Below are positions 49,271 to 60,801 of a stretch of 64,000 bases of DNA, piece after piece; position 1 is the stretch's first letter; every line of letters starts with the position of its first letter. The stretch is from an uncultured Methanobrevibacter sp. Its GTDB lineage: Archaea; Methanobacteriota; Methanobacteria; Methanobacteriales; Methanobacteriaceae. Below the pieces are notes generated by a model. It ran no database searches. It was not told where the DNA came from and worked only from the letters and a program-made list of their open reading frames with translations. The stretch spans positions 19,548 through 83,547 of the forward strand of contig NZ_CACWVY010000003.1 of NCBI RefSeq assembly GCF_902764455.1, in the 5' to 3' direction. The position numbers and the translations under genes are program-made.

Positions 49271-50245
49271 TTATTTTTTAAACTGACTTATAAATGAAAT
49301 TAATTCAGGTTCGATAGTAACATAATCATCCTGATTGAAATAATAATCTTCTCTTTCATCATCATATGTTAACACAATGGAATCCTTAACAAATTCTTTA
49401 AATGGAGCCATATCCAAATCAGAGTCAAAATAATTTTTATTTGTTCCAATAAACATTGATTTAGCTTTAATGTTAGACAACTTATCTACAACATTATATT
49501 CACTATCACAATTATTTCTGAATTTGAAATCATATAAATCTATAAACAAACATTCATCCATGAACTCATCAAATATTGATGAAAGATGATAATTTTCAAT
49601 TTTATCGAATACCTTTTTAGATGCAGAATGAGCGAATAATAATGAATTTATAGCAACTAACGCTTTATTCATTGAAATGCCATAGTCTTCACAGTCATTA
49701 TCAGCTGCCTCTATTATATTTTCAAAAGTTTTAGATAAAATAAATTTATAACCTGAAAGTTTTGCACAGCTGTTTAAAATAAAAATAAATTCCATCTCCT
49801 CAGGATATTCACAGGCCCAGGTCAATGCCTGAAATCCGCCAATACCTTCACCAAGCAGGCCCAAAACTTTGTTAATATTGAATTTCTCTGATAAAAATTG
49901 TCTTATAAAATTTACCCCATCCAAACAGGAATATATTGGAAAATCATCATTTAATCCTGTAGAAGACGGAGAACAAGAGCCCGGTATCCCTAATGAATGA
50001 ACTGAAATAAAATAAAATTCCTCTGGAAAATCACTATTCTCCATAACATATTCCCTGGAACTTGATATAAATGAATAGGTTCCTTGAAATGTACGGAAAA
50101 ACAATATTACATTGATTATATTACCTTCATCATCATATTTTGGAGTTCCAAAAGCTTCATATTCAACATCCACATTTTCAAGAACTCTGCCATAACTAAA
50201 TTCAAAAGAATCCATTACATAATTACGAGTTTCATAAACTACCAT
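49271..50245 (-). CDS. MetX-like alpha/beta-hydrolase paralog A (nucleophile Ser replaced by Gly)
   Basis: FGTPKYD..NVI, LGLLGEGIGG at the nucleophile elbow; catalytic Asp and His not evident. Confidence 0.75.
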   Translation of the reverse strand: MVVYETRNYVMDSFEFSYGRVLENVDVEYEAFGTPKYDDEGNIINVILFFRTFQGTYSFISSSREYVMENSDFPEEFYFISVHSLGIPGSCSPSSTGLNDDFPIYSCLDGVNFIRQFLSEKFNINKVLGLLGEGIGGFQALTWACEYPEEMEFIFILNSCAKLSGYKFILSKTFENIIEAADNDCEDYGISMNKALVAINSLLFAHSASKKVFDKIENYHLSSIFDEFMDECLFIDLYDFKFRNNCDSEYNVVDKLSNIKAKSMFIGTNKNYFDSDLDMAPFKEFVKDSIVLTYDDEREDYYFNQDDYVTIEPELISFISQFKK

Positions 50246-50334
50246 ATCCCAACACTCCTAACGGCACTCAACGCAATAATATTTAAATTCTCATAACCTA
50301 CATGATTTATCAAAAAAATATGAAAAAGAAAATT

Positions 50335-51333
50335 TCATTGTTTAAACTCCTCTAAAAATTCTAAAAGAACGTCAGTAGCTATAGAATAATCATCTTCAGA
50401 AGTGTGATATTCTTTTGAATCAAAAATATGTATTTTAAGATTTTCAATTTTACCTTTTAAAGGATATATGTCATATTCCGGAGGATGATAAATATCCTCA
50501 GAAAAACTGATAATTAACGTTTTTGCTTTGATATTTTCCAATTTTTCTTCAACATCATATACTAAAACCGCATCATTTCTAAATTTAAAATCATAGATAT
50601 CAACAAATAGTCCCTGATCAACAAAATCATCCATCAAAACATCAATCTCATCACGAGACATGTTTTGAAATACTTGTTTAGAAAAGTTATTCGAATACAT
50701 TAATCTGTTGATTGAAATCATGACTCTAAATAATGATTCACTATAATTATCATCATAATATGCATCCGCCGAATCAATCATTGCATCCATAATCTTAGAT
50801 GAAACATATCTATAACCATTTGTTTTATAAGAGCTAGATCCTAAAATTATGAAGTCCATTTCATCCGGATATTCGCATGCCCAAGTATATACTTCATATC
50901 CTCCAACTCCACTTCCTGCAATACCAAGAACATGTGTAATGTTGAACTTTTCAGCCAAAAATTGTCTTTTAAAATTTACACAGTCTTTTATCGAATATTG
51001 TGGGAAATCATACTTCAACTTGGATACAGATGGAGAACAGGATTCTGGAAATCCTAATGATGTAATGGAAATATAGAAAAATCCATAATCTGATAAAGCA
51101 CCATTATTGCCAATTAATTGATATAAATCATCTATAGAAGCATGATTACCATTAAATTTATGACAATAAATAACTGCATTGACTATATTACCTTCATCAT
51201 CATATTTTGGAGTTCCGCGAGTTGTATATTCAACCTGCACACCTTTAAGAGTTCTACCATATTCAAATTCAAACTCATTTAAAATATACTTTCCATAACC
51301 AAGTTCCGAATTTTCAATTTTCATATGTCTCAT
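50335..51333 (-). CDS. MetX-like alpha/beta-hydrolase paralog B (nucleophile Ser replaced by Gly)
   Basis: RGTPKYD..NAVIYCH, LGIAGSGVGG at the elbow, SEDIYHPP. Confidence 0.75.
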   Translation of the reverse strand: MRHMKIENSELGYGKYILNEFEFEYGRTLKGVQVEYTTRGTPKYDDEGNIVNAVIYCHKFNGNHASIDDLYQLIGNNGALSDYGFFYISITSLGFPESCSPSVSKLKYDFPQYSIKDCVNFKRQFLAEKFNITHVLGIAGSGVGGYEVYTWACEYPDEMDFIILGSSSYKTNGYRYVSSKIMDAMIDSADAYYDDNYSESLFRVMISINRLMYSNNFSKQVFQNMSRDEIDVLMDDFVDQGLFVDIYDFKFRNDAVLVYDVEEKLENIKAKTLIISFSEDIYHPPEYDIYPLKGKIENLKIHIFDSKEYHTSEDDYSIATDVLLEFLEEFKQ

Positions 51334-51411
51334 TAGAAAATATAATTTGATTCATATATAAAATTGACTGAAATATATTTTTACAACACACGAACAATCT
51401 AATGCAAAAAA

Positions 51412-51690
51412 TCACATATCCTCTAAAAAACTTGAAAGAAATATATTCATTTCAATCTCTTCACGCGCAATAAAGTCGTCAATTCTCATTTTAGCGACAT
51501 CACTTTGAAATGGATATAATTTTTCATTAAAATACATTTTAATTTTGAAAATATCTCCACAAATTTCAGTTTTTTCCGATAACTCACTATTTAGAAATTC
51601 CATTTGATTTAAAGACAAACCTGAAACTGAATATTCAATGAAATACTTTCCAGATTCCACACCATAATCAACAATTTCAACTATCATCAA
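51412..51690 (-). CDS. Small acidic hypothetical protein
   Basis: 92-aa ORF overlapping the stop of paralog C by 4 bp. Confidence 0.65.
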   Translation of the reverse strand: MMIVEIVDYGVESGKYFIEYSVSGLSLNQMEFLNSELSEKTEICGDIFKIKMYFNEKLYPFQSDVAKMRIDDFIAREEIEMNIFLSSFLEDM

Positions 51691-52628
51691 AAATCACTCA
51701 TGAATTCTTTAAGCTCATAGGAAATATTTTCAAGTTCATTAAAACACAAATGACCCAATTCAGAGTCCATAACTATCAATTCAGAATTTTTAATCATTTC
51801 AGACATTGGTATGCCGTCAAGTTCCGGCGGAAAATGAGGATCCTGTTTGCATGAAACAATCAAAACTTTCGATTTGATTTTATCCAAATCATCCTCAACA
51901 TTATATTCCATACTAGCTTTATTGCAGTATTTTAAATCATAAATGTCAGTTTCAATCATTTCATTTCCAAAATCTTCAAACTCAATACTTAACTCTTCAT
52001 TAGTTTTGCTTCTTAAGGCTTCCTTTGAAAGACCGAAGTTAAATTCTGCCAGACATGCAATTCTTAAAGTTCTGATTAGTGAATAAGTTAATTCACCTTT
52101 AGCATAATCAGGATCAGATTCAATAATCTCATCAACGAATCTTGAAAGAATGAAATCATGACCTGCAACCTTATAACTGCTTACTCCACAGATTATGAAA
52201 TCCTGAAAATCAGGATATTCAATAGCTTGAGTTAAACCTACAAAACCCCCCATAGAATTACCAATCAAGCCCAAAACATGTGCAATATCAAATTTTTCAG
52301 CCAAAAATTGTTTCTGAAAATTAACAACATCAACAATTGAATATTTTGGGAAATTATTTTTAAGGCCAGTTAATGAAGGAGAACATGACCCTGATGAACC
52401 TAAAGCGGTTAAACTAATAAAAAAATATTTATTGGCATCAAATGGACAATTTTCAAATGTTAATGGTAAAATCTTATTGATGCCGCTGAAATTTCCAAGA
52501 GACCCTGAACAATAAAGAATTGCATTGCTGATTCTTCCATTCTCATCATATTTGGGAGTTCCAAATGTCATGTATTCAACTTTTACATCATTTAACACTT
52601 TACCATTTTGAAATTTAAATGAATCCAT
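51687..52628 (-). CDS. Homoserine O-acetyltransferase-like alpha/beta-hydrolase paralog C (triad intact)
   Basis: GNSMGG nucleophile, QDPHFP Asp, SELGH His. Confidence 0.8.
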   Translation of the reverse strand: MDSFKFQNGKVLNDVKVEYMTFGTPKYDENGRISNAILYCSGSLGNFSGINKILPLTFENCPFDANKYFFISLTALGSSGSCSPSLTGLKNNFPKYSIVDVVNFQKQFLAEKFDIAHVLGLIGNSMGGFVGLTQAIEYPDFQDFIICGVSSYKVAGHDFILSRFVDEIIESDPDYAKGELTYSLIRTLRIACLAEFNFGLSKEALRSKTNEELSIEFEDFGNEMIETDIYDLKYCNKASMEYNVEDDLDKIKSKVLIVSCKQDPHFPPELDGIPMSEMIKNSELIVMDSELGHLCFNELENISYELKEFMSDF

Positions 52629-52752
52629 TATAAACTGCTTTTTTTCATTTTCAAAGAATTCGTCATCAAAAATATTAATGCCCCCATTAAAAATTGATAA
52701 TTAATAATTATTTTAAAAACAAATTATTTAAAGTAATCTAAACAATGTTATT

Positions 52753-53538
52753 GTGATGAAATATAAAATTTTAGAAAAACCCAATAGCAATGATGCATAT
52801 GACCTTGTTCATGAAGCTTTAAGAAAAAGAGCGACAATAACAATATTTGCCTGCTGTAAAGTCAATTATGAAGGCCGTGCATTAAGTGAATTAAACTGGG
52901 GAGAGCGAATCATTATGATAAAACCTGATGGTGCATTTTTAATCCATCAGGAAAAGAAAGTAGAACCTGTTAACTGGCAGCCTCCAAAATCAAAAACAAG
53001 AGCATACATTAAAAATGAAAATTTATTCTTGGAAAGCCACAGAAGAACTCCTAAAGAGTTATTAACCGTCGAAATAAGACAAATCCAATTTATCAATTAC
53101 GCCAATATCGAAGATTTTGAAGAACTAGAACAGGCAGGATATGAAAAGGACATGGGCGATATGATTATGGACAAACCTCATATGATTGAAGAGGGATTTA
53201 CTCCAACTGCCAGAGAATATAGTGTTGAACACGGATTTATTGATATTTTAGGAAAAGACAGCGACAATAATTTAATGATTTTAGAGCTGAAAGCACGTAA
53301 AGCAGGCGTAAGTGCAGTAAAACAACTCAAAAGATATCTTTTAGATTTTGAAAATACAGAAAATGATTATCTTAAAGAATGCCAATCACAAAAGAAAAAA
53401 ATCCGAGGATTGCTTGTGGCACCGTCAATTATGGATGATGCACTTGAAATGATTGAGGAAGAGGGCATTGAATTTGTTTCAATCGAACCTCCTCGTGAGT
53501 TAAAAAGAGATAAAAAGGTAACATTAGACGCATTTTAG
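52753..53538 (+). CDS. nucS: Mismatch-specific endonuclease NucS/EndoMS
   Basis: KPDGAFLIH, PVNWQP, GFIDILGKD, ELKARKA..QLKRY, RGLLVAPS. Confidence 0.95.
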   Translation: MMKYKILEKPNSNDAYDLVHEALRKRATITIFACCKVNYEGRALSELNWGERIIMIKPDGAFLIHQEKKVEPVNWQPPKSKTRAYIKNENLFLESHRRTPKELLTVEIRQIQFINYANIEDFEELEQAGYEKDMGDMIMDKPHMIEEGFTPTAREYSVEHGFIDILGKDSDNNLMILELKARKAGVSAVKQLKRYLLDFENTENDYLKECQSQKKKIRGLLVAPSIMDDALEMIEEEGIEFVSIEPPRELKRDKKVTLDAF

Positions 53539-54014
53539 TCTAATGCATCTTCAATTTTTTTCAATTCATTTTCATAGAACTTTTTAGTGAAATCATTGGC
53601 AGGAGTTGAAGTTGTTACATGGCAGTCTTTTTGCAATTTATAAATCAGATACTCCTCCCCCTCAAGAGGAAGGGTACTGTCATCATCCAATAATTCCAGA
53701 TTATCCAATTCAGAAAGGATATTATCGTATTCTTCAGCTTCAAGAGAAACAACATCATCCAACTCCATTTCCTGGACTTTAGGATTCAATTGCATTGCAA
53801 TAGCTACAAATCCGTTAACTTTTTTATCAGAAATTGAAAATTCTGTGTTTCTAATTTCCTCCATTGAAAATTTAACATGATCAATAGTATTTTTAGTAGC
53901 TGGAATCTCACTAGATAAACCAATCTGATTTATTTCATAGCTGTTTTTCCAATCTCCAATTTTATAAACTGCATAATTTATATCATTAACATTAATGTTT
54001 TTTTCATCAACCAT
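53535..54014 (-). CDS. Hypothetical protein
   Basis: 159-aa ORF with GTGA RBS, convergent with nucS. Confidence 0.7.
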   Translation of the reverse strand: MVDEKNINVNDINYAVYKIGDWKNSYEINQIGLSSEIPATKNTIDHVKFSMEEIRNTEFSISDKKVNGFVAIAMQLNPKVQEMELDDVVSLEAEEYDNILSELDNLELLDDDSTLPLEGEEYLIYKLQKDCHVTTSTPANDFTKKFYENELKKIEDALD

Positions 54015-54113
54015 TTTATCACGACATTATAGAATATATTTTTATATAAATAAAAACATTATTATAAATATACATTAATTTATTATAAATGTAAATTCAA
54101 TGGAGGTTAATTT

Positions 54114-54875
54114 GTGAAAAAATGTCCTGAATGTGGAAATCCTAGTTATGATGGTGCTCCAGTTTGTGGAAATTGCGGATATAACTTTCCCAAACCTAAA
54201 GTTAAAGCTCGCAGAAAGGATAGCATCTTTGAAAATGAACAAAGTTTTGCTCCTAAAAAAGAAAGCACAATCAGTATGGATCCAAAAGTTGATGCTTCAA
54301 AAAATAAAAATACGGAGAAAAAACCTTCCGGAGAACAAAGTACACTTGACATCATTAAAGAAAAAAAGCTCATTATAGGAATCATATTGCTTATTACTTT
54401 AATTGTAATTTGTGGAATTGTCCTTACAGGATCACATGATAAATCTACTCAAAGTTCCAGCAGTTTACTTGAATATAATGCTAATAACTTTGCTTTTAAA
54501 TACCCTGAAAATTGGGAAAGGACAAATCTCAGTGACGCAGAACATGGCGACGCCATATTTTTCAAAGATGAAAATAATACACTTATAGAATATTATAATA
54601 TCACAAGCAGTGCTAGTTCCCTGCAAGAGATTAATCAGCAAAGGATTAGTAATGCACTATTTGCAGGAGATATGGTTGAGCTTCTTGACAATAAAACAAT
54701 AGATGGCACAAATGCATCAAATTTCATTGTCAAAAATGCTGATGGAAACTTCACAAGATATGTTTCTGTGCTAAATGATGGCAAATTGTATGTATTCAAA
54801 GTAACTGGAGATTCTATTGACTCTTTAAAAACCAATAGCATCGAGACAGTTATTAATTCCGCAGACATTATTTAA
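54114..54875 (+). CDS. Zinc-ribbon, single-TM, PsbP-like extracellular domain protein
   Basis: CPECG..CGNCG, one TM (LIIGIILLITLIVICGIVL), FAFKYPENW. Confidence 0.7.
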   Translation: MKKCPECGNPSYDGAPVCGNCGYNFPKPKVKARRKDSIFENEQSFAPKKESTISMDPKVDASKNKNTEKKPSGEQSTLDIIKEKKLIIGIILLITLIVICGIVLTGSHDKSTQSSSSLLEYNANNFAFKYPENWERTNLSDAEHGDAIFFKDENNTLIEYYNITSSASSLQEINQQRISNALFAGDMVELLDNKTIDGTNASNFIVKNADGNFTRYVSVLNDGKLYVFKVTGDSIDSLKTNSIETVINSADII

Positions 54876-54921
54876 GTATGATTAATTTCATACTTACCTT
54901 TCTTATTTTAATAGGATTATT

Positions 54922-55746
54922 ATGACAAAACTTAAGCTTGCTCTTTGTCAGATGAATGTAATCGATGATAAAGAAGCGAATCTAAAAAATGCTAGGCTAC
55001 TGATAAGCAAAGCCTGTAAAAATGCTGATTTTATTATTTTACCCGAAATGTTTAACTGCCCTTATTCCAATGAGAAATTCATTGAATATTGTGAAAGGGA
55101 AGATGAGAGTTTTACGTTAAATAAAATATCTTCACTTGCAAGAAATAATAACGTTTACATTTTAGCAGGTTCCATCCCCGAAAAGGAAAATGAAAATTTA
55201 TACAATACCTCCTATCTTTTCAACAAAGAGGGAGAAATTATAGCTAAACACAGAAAGATGCATCTTTTTGACATTGACGTTAAAGATCAAATTACATTTA
55301 AAGAGTCAGATGTTTTAACTGCAGGAAATGAATTTACAGTTGTTGAAACAGAATTTGGAAAGATAGGCATTGGAATATGTTATGACATTCGTTTTCCAGA
55401 ACTTGCAAGAATTATGGTTGAAAATGGAGCATTAATCCTATTTTATCCTGGTGCATTTAATATGACAACCGGACCAGCACATTGGGAGCTTCTTTTTAGG
55501 TCAAGGGCTTTGGATAATCAGGTTTATTGTGTTGGAGTGGCACCTGCATTAAATAAAGAGGCATCATATCACAGTTTCGGCCATTCCATAATAACAAATC
55601 CCTGGGGAGAAGTTATAGCCGAAGCAGGTACAGAAGAAGAAATAATATTTGGTGAAATTGATTTAAATGAAATAAAAAGAGTAAGAGAAGAACTTCCACT
55701 TTTAAAGAATAAAAGAGAAAATCTCTACGAAGTTAAAAAAATATAA
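54922..55746 (+). CDS. Carbon-nitrogen hydrolase (Nit2/omega-amidase-like)
   Basis: LPEMF (E), HRKMHLFD (K), GICYDIRFPE (C) catalytic triad. Confidence 0.93.
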   Translation: MTKLKLALCQMNVIDDKEANLKNARLLISKACKNADFIILPEMFNCPYSNEKFIEYCEREDESFTLNKISSLARNNNVYILAGSIPEKENENLYNTSYLFNKEGEIIAKHRKMHLFDIDVKDQITFKESDVLTAGNEFTVVETEFGKIGIGICYDIRFPELARIMVENGALILFYPGAFNMTTGPAHWELLFRSRALDNQVYCVGVAPALNKEASYHSFGHSIITNPWGEVIAEAGTEEEIIFGEIDLNEIKRVREELPLLKNKRENLYEVKKI

Positions 55747-56595
55747 CTATTTTAATTTAGCCAATCTTTTCTCAAAGTAAGCTAATTTTTTATCATTGTC
55801 TGCAAATACTTCAATTGCAGTCTCAATGACTCTAACCTCATTGTCATAATCATTGGATTTTCTGTAAAGAACACATAATCTTTTATATGGAGCATCTTTA
55901 GGCATTTTTGCTTCAACATATTTTTCATATTCTTTAATAGCTTTTTGAAGATTGGTTTTTTCCATTTCTTTAATTGTGCTCATAGGAATAACATTAACAA
56001 TAGATTCTCCAGAAGCTTTAGCTTTTTGTCTTTTTTGAGCCTTTTTAATTGCTTTATTACAAGATTTTTTGAAGTCCTTATCATCTTCAGTTTTTCTTGC
56101 CTTTTTGATTAAGTCAATTGATTCATCAGTTGCAATATCACCCAATGCTTGAATTGCAGCGAGTTTAACACCCCAGTCCTCATCTTCAAGACATTTTGCA
56201 ATGGTATCCAATTCTTCTTCAGCCTGAAGTTCACCTAAAGAACGTACAGCAACTTTTCTAACACCAAAATCATCATCTTCAGTTGCTTTAACAAAATATG
56301 GAATAACTTTTTTATCACCTGTTTCTTTAAGTGCAAATGCTAAAAAACGTTTATCCTTACCTTCTGCATTTTCAAATTCATCGATTAATTTATCAACAGC
56401 CACATCACCCATACTACCTAAAATTTCAGCTGCTTTAAATCTTACCTGTGCATTATCATCAGTAGTAGCTTTAATTAATGGTTCAATAGCATCCTCATCA
56501 GTAATTCCAACTAATGATTCGATAGCTTCTTTTCTAACTTTAACATCATCATCTGATAAATTGTTAATAGCTTCTTCAAAACTTAAATTAGACAT
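55747..56595 (-). CDS. HEAT/PBS-lyase repeat protein
   Basis: Repeated DDDVKVRKEA, DDNAQVRFKAA, DDDFGVRKVA, DEDWGVKLAA. Confidence 0.9.
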   Translation of the reverse strand: MSNLSFEEAINNLSDDDVKVRKEAIESLVGITDEDAIEPLIKATTDDNAQVRFKAAEILGSMGDVAVDKLIDEFENAEGKDKRFLAFALKETGDKKVIPYFVKATEDDDFGVRKVAVRSLGELQAEEELDTIAKCLEDEDWGVKLAAIQALGDIATDESIDLIKKARKTEDDKDFKKSCNKAIKKAQKRQKAKASGESIVNVIPMSTIKEMEKTNLQKAIKEYEKYVEAKMPKDAPYKRLCVLYRKSNDYDNEVRVIETAIEVFADNDKKLAYFEKRLAKLK

Positions 56596-56774
56596 GATAT
56601 TAAATTAGTTTTCAAGTAATATATAACATTAACATTAACATTTTGAGATTTCAATTCTTATGATACATTCCATATTAAAAAAATAGATTGAAAAATAAAT
56701 GAGTGAACGTTAATGTAAAATTCAGTTAATATGTTAATAAAAAAAGTAAAATAAATAAGAGAAAAATCTCTTAT

Positions 56775-57545
56775 TTAAATAGCAGTCCAACCACCGTCAA
56801 TACAGATTAATTGTCCTGTACAGAAACTAGATGCATCAGATGCAAGGTAAATTGCAATACCATCTAATTCACCAGGTTTACCTAATCTACCTGCAGGACA
56901 GTATGCTGCAATAAGGTCCATAAATCCATCCATTTCAATGGAGTCAACAGTTAATTCTGTTTCAAATACAGCAGGACCAATTGCGTTAACGGTAATATTG
57001 TATTTTGCCCATTCAACAGCTAAGTTTTTGGTTAAGTTCATTACTCCACCTTTAGCTGAGGAGTATGCACTAATTCCTCCACCAGGGAAGATTACTCTTG
57101 AGTGAATTGAACCGATGTTGATGATTTTACCATATTCTTGTTCAATCATTATTTCTCCAACAGCTTTACACATGTAGTATACACCGCTCAAGTCAATGTG
57201 AATGTGTCTTTCCCATTCTTCATTAGTTTGATCGGTAACCATTTTGTTGTTTCCCATACCTGCTGCGTTAACCAAAATGTCAATTCTACCGTAAGCATCC
57301 ATAACTTTTGCAACAGCTGCGGTGATACTGTCATAGTCTCCAACATCACATACAGCGTACATTACATCAGTACCGAATTCTTTTTCGATTTCAGCGACAT
57401 TTTCTTAGAGTCTTTCTTCTCTTCTAGCAAATAATGCTAATTTTGCACCTTGGCTTGCATATGCTTGAGCAATTTGCCAACCAAGACCTGAGGAAGCACC
57501 AGTAATAAGTGCAACTTTATCTTTAATATCAAAATAGTTTTTCAT
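56775..57545 (-). pseudogene. Short-chain dehydrogenase/reductase with in-frame TAA at codon 47
   Basis: ATG at 57545 (GGTGG RBS): MKNYFDIKDKVALITGASSGLG...RREERL*ENVAEIEKE...; TAA at 57405-57407; the same frame continues to NAAG, YSSAK and DGGWTAI. Confidence 0.85.
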
Positions 57546-57758
57546 TTTTATACCACCTAGGCATGAGCCTATGTTTATATTATTTGTAAAATCTAACTAT
57601 TTAATAATTATTATTAAAAAAATTCGTAAATATCCAAACTAACTTAATTAAATTTCAAAGCCAAGTAAATATTATTCAAAATTTAAAATAACACTTCTCT
57701 TGAAAATTAATATAAATACAAGAACATATTATAAATAATAAAAACAGAGGAATGTAAA

Positions 57759-60356
57759 ATGATTGAAGAACAGACAAAAAGCTATTCCAAAAAGCAAATT
57801 TTTAAAACTTTGCATCCATGGGTTAGAACTTGGTTTAATTCAAATTTTGAAGATTTCACACCAGCTCAGAAAAAAGCAATCATTGACATTCACAAAAAAA
57901 ACAATATTCTAATATCATCACCAACCGGTTCTGGAAAAACATTGACAGCGTTTCTATCAGTTATAAGCGATTTAACAAGGTTGGCCGAGAAAGATCAGCT
58001 GGAAGATAAAGTATACTGCATTTACATTTCACCGCTAAAAGCACTAGACAATGATATTGAAAAAAATTTGGATGAACCATTAAACGGCATTGAAAAAATA
58101 GCTGGAAAAGAATTAGGAATTAGAAAAGCCGTCAGAACAGGAGATACATCACAATATCAAAGACAAAAAATGCTTAAAAAGCCACCACACATCCTTATTA
58201 CAACTCCCGAAACATTATCCATTTTACTCGTAGCTCCCAAATTCAGAGAAAAATTAAGTCACGTAAAATATGTAATCATTGATGAAATCCATTCACTTGC
58301 TGAAAATAAAAGAGGAGTGCATTTAAGCCTATCTCTAGAAAGACTGCAACATTTGATTGGACAATACACACGTATCGGCTTATCAGCAACTGTCAGTCCA
58401 CTTGAAGAAGTTGCTAAATTTCTTGTAGGATACGAATATGGAGTGGAGCGAAACTGCAAAATAGTTAATATAAACTATTTAAAAGAACTTGATATGGAAG
58501 TAATGTGTCCTGTAAGCGATATCGTGCTGGCCGACGAGGAAGATACGAAACTCGGAATGTATGACCTGTTGGATGATTTGATTTGGGAAAACAAAACCAC
58601 ATTAATATTTACAAATACCCGTAGCGGAACAGAACGTTTTGTTTATAATTTAAAGAAAATGTATCCCATGCATTACAACAATTCAAACATAATGGCTCAC
58701 CATTCTTCACTATCAAAAGAAGTGCGTTTGGAAACAGAAAACAAGTTGAAGGAAGGAAAATTAAAAGCAGTTGTTTCTTCAACATCACTGGAACTTGGAA
58801 TTGATATAGGATACATTGATTTGGTTGTTTTAATAAACTCCCCAAAATCCGTTGCAAGAGCCCTTCAAAGAATTGGGCGTAGCGGGCACAAATTACATGA
58901 AAAATCAAGAGGAAAAATAATTGTTACAGACCGTGACGATTTGGTTGAATGTTCCGTGCTTTTAAAAAATGCAAAAGAAGGCAAAATTGACAAAATTTCA
59001 ATCCCCAAAAACTGTTTAGACGTCCTGGCACAGCACATTTACGGAATGAGCATTGAAAATCCATGGGATATTGACTATGCATATGATGTAATCCGCAAAA
59101 GTTACTGCTACAAAGACCTCTCAAGAGATGATTATGAAGATGTTTTAAGTTATATGGCAGGAGAATATCCTGAACTCGAAGAGAGATATGTTTATGCAAA
59201 AATCTGGATTGACTATGAAGAAAACACATTTGGAAAGCGTGGAAAACTAGCCAGAATGCTTTATTCAACAAATATTGGAACAATACCTGATTCTTCAGGA
59301 GTTCTTGTCAAATGTGATGGAGAAACCGTTGGAAAAATTGAAGAGACATTTATGGAAAGACTGAAAAAAGGAGATACTTTTGTTCTGGGAGGCAGAACTT
59401 TCAGATTCAACTACGGAAAAGGAATGACAATTAATGTAAGTCCTGCAAGCGGACCCCCAACAATCCCTTCATGGTTTTCACAGCAACTCCCGCTAGCTTT
59501 TGATTTGGCAATGGACATCCAACAATTTAGAGACCATATGGATTCTAGATTCCAATACAGAAGAAGCAAAGAGGAAATTATGGAATTCATTCATGAATAT
59601 TTATATGTTGATGATTTTGCAGCCAATTCAATTTATGAATACTTTATTGAACAGTTTAAATACGCCCAAATTCCAACAAAACGAAGATTATTAATTGAAT
59701 ATTATAAAGGATTTGGCGGAAGACGTTTTGTAATATTCCATTCTTTATTCGGAAGAAAGGTGAACGATGCACTGTCAAGAGCCGTTGCTTATATTGTTGC
59801 TCAAAAATACAATATGAACATTACAATCTCAATTTCAGACAATGGATTTTATTTAAGTTCTGACGGAAAAATCGGAGGTTTAGAATCATTCCGTGAGATT
59901 ACACCGGAGAATTTTGAAACAATATTGACAAATGCATTAAATAAAACAGAAACACTGGCTTCAAGATTCAGACACTGTGCCGGAAGATCATTGATGACCC
60001 TTAGAAGATACAAAGGAGAATCCAAATCTGTAGGCAGACAGCAGGTTCGGGGAAAAATCCTTTTGAAATTTGTTCAGGACATGGATGATGACTTTTCAAT
60101 TCTAAAAGAGGCGAGAAGGGAAGCGCTTGAAGATTATATGGACATTAAAAATGCATTAAAAATAATTGAAATGATTGACAGGGAAGAAATGGAAATAAAA
60201 ACTATAAATACTGTTATTCCAAGTCCTTTTGCATTTAATCTAGTTTCACAAGGATATCTTGATGTTTTAAACCAAAATGATAAGGGAGAATTTACAAAAA
60301 GGATGCATCAGGCAATACTTGATCAAATTAAAGACAAATTAAAAGATATCTACTAA
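57759..60356 (+). CDS. lhr: Lhr-family superfamily 2 helicase
   Basis: [45 protein letters not shown]. Confidence 0.95.
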   Translation: MIEEQTKSYSKKQIFKTLHPWVRTWFNSNFEDFTPAQKKAIIDIHKKNNILISSPTGSGKTLTAFLSVISDLTRLAEKDQLEDKVYCIYISPLKALDNDIEKNLDEPLNGIEKIAGKELGIRKAVRTGDTSQYQRQKMLKKPPHILITTPETLSILLVAPKFREKLSHVKYVIIDEIHSLAENKRGVHLSLSLERLQHLIGQYTRIGLSATVSPLEEVAKFLVGYEYGVERNCKIVNINYLKELDMEVMCPVSDIVLADEEDTKLGMYDLLDDLIWENKTTLIFTNTRSGTERFVYNLKKMYPMHYNNSNIMAHHSSLSKEVRLETENKLKEGKLKAVVSSTSLELGIDIGYIDLVVLINSPKSVARALQRIGRSGHKLHEKSRGKIIVTDRDDLVECSVLLKNAKEGKIDKISIPKNCLDVLAQHIYGMSIENPWDIDYAYDVIRKSYCYKDLSRDDYEDVLSYMAGEYPELEERYVYAKIWIDYEENTFGKRGKLARMLYSTNIGTIPDSSGVLVKCDGETVGKIEETFMERLKKGDTFVLGGRTFRFNYGKGMTINVSPASGPPTIPSWFSQQLPLAFDLAMDIQQFRDHMDSRFQYRRSKEEIMEFIHEYLYVDDFAANSIYEYFIEQFKYAQIPTKRRLLIEYYKGFGGRRFVIFHSLFGRKVNDALSRAVAYIVAQKYNMNITISISDNGFYLSSDGKIGGLESFREITPENFETILTNALNKTETLASRFRHCAGRSLMTLRRYKGESKSVGRQQVRGKILLKFVQDMDDDFSILKEARREALEDYMDIKNALKIIEMIDREEMEIKTINTVIPSPFAFNLVSQGYLDVLNQNDKGEFTKRMHQAILDQIKDKLKDIY

Positions 60357-60409
60357 TAAGTAAATACTTATATAAACAACATTAAATAATCATAATGAAA
60401 GGTGATACT

Positions 60410-60784
60410 GTGACTAAATGGAAAGTTGTAATTATCGGATTTATATTGGCAGTAATTGTAAAAGCCTTTTTCGCAAGATATGAATTTATAGGATTACTGA
60501 TTGTGGGATTCATTACAGGTTATATTGCCCATTCCGGAATGCTTGGAGGCCTTTGGAATGCCGCTGTTGCAGGAGCATTTGGTACAATTGTTTCCGCAAT
60601 ACTATTTGTCCTAGCTACAACTATAGGAGGTAGTTTCCTCGGAATATTTGGAGGTTTAACAGGATTTACAATTTCTGGAATTTCAAGCATCTTCCTAGTT
60701 ATAGGAGATTTAATCTACTATGCAATAGTCATGGGAATTACAGGAGCCATCGGAGGGGCAATTGCTTCTAAAAATGATAATTAA
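60410..60784 (+). CDS. DUF5518-like membrane protein
   Basis: Gly-rich TM helices; probable GTG start at 60410 after GGTGA. Confidence 0.7.
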   Translation: MTKWKVVIIGFILAVIVKAFFARYEFIGLLIVGFITGYIAHSGMLGGLWNAAVAGAFGTIVSAILFVLATTIGGSFLGIFGGLTGFTISGISSIFLVIGDLIYYAIVMGITGAIGGAIASKNDN

Positions 60785-60801
60785 GTTTTTGGAGATATAA
60801 A

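Noticed and set aside
57405-57407. Pyrrolysine or selenocysteine read-through in the SDR gene
   Set aside because: The codon is TAA; Pyl uses TAG and Sec uses TGA.
57558-57571. Fourth DtxR-type iron box at the SDR promoter
   Set aside because: TAGG and CCTA are 6 bp apart rather than 4, and the flanking TT/AA is missing. It may be another operator but does not match the feo boxes.
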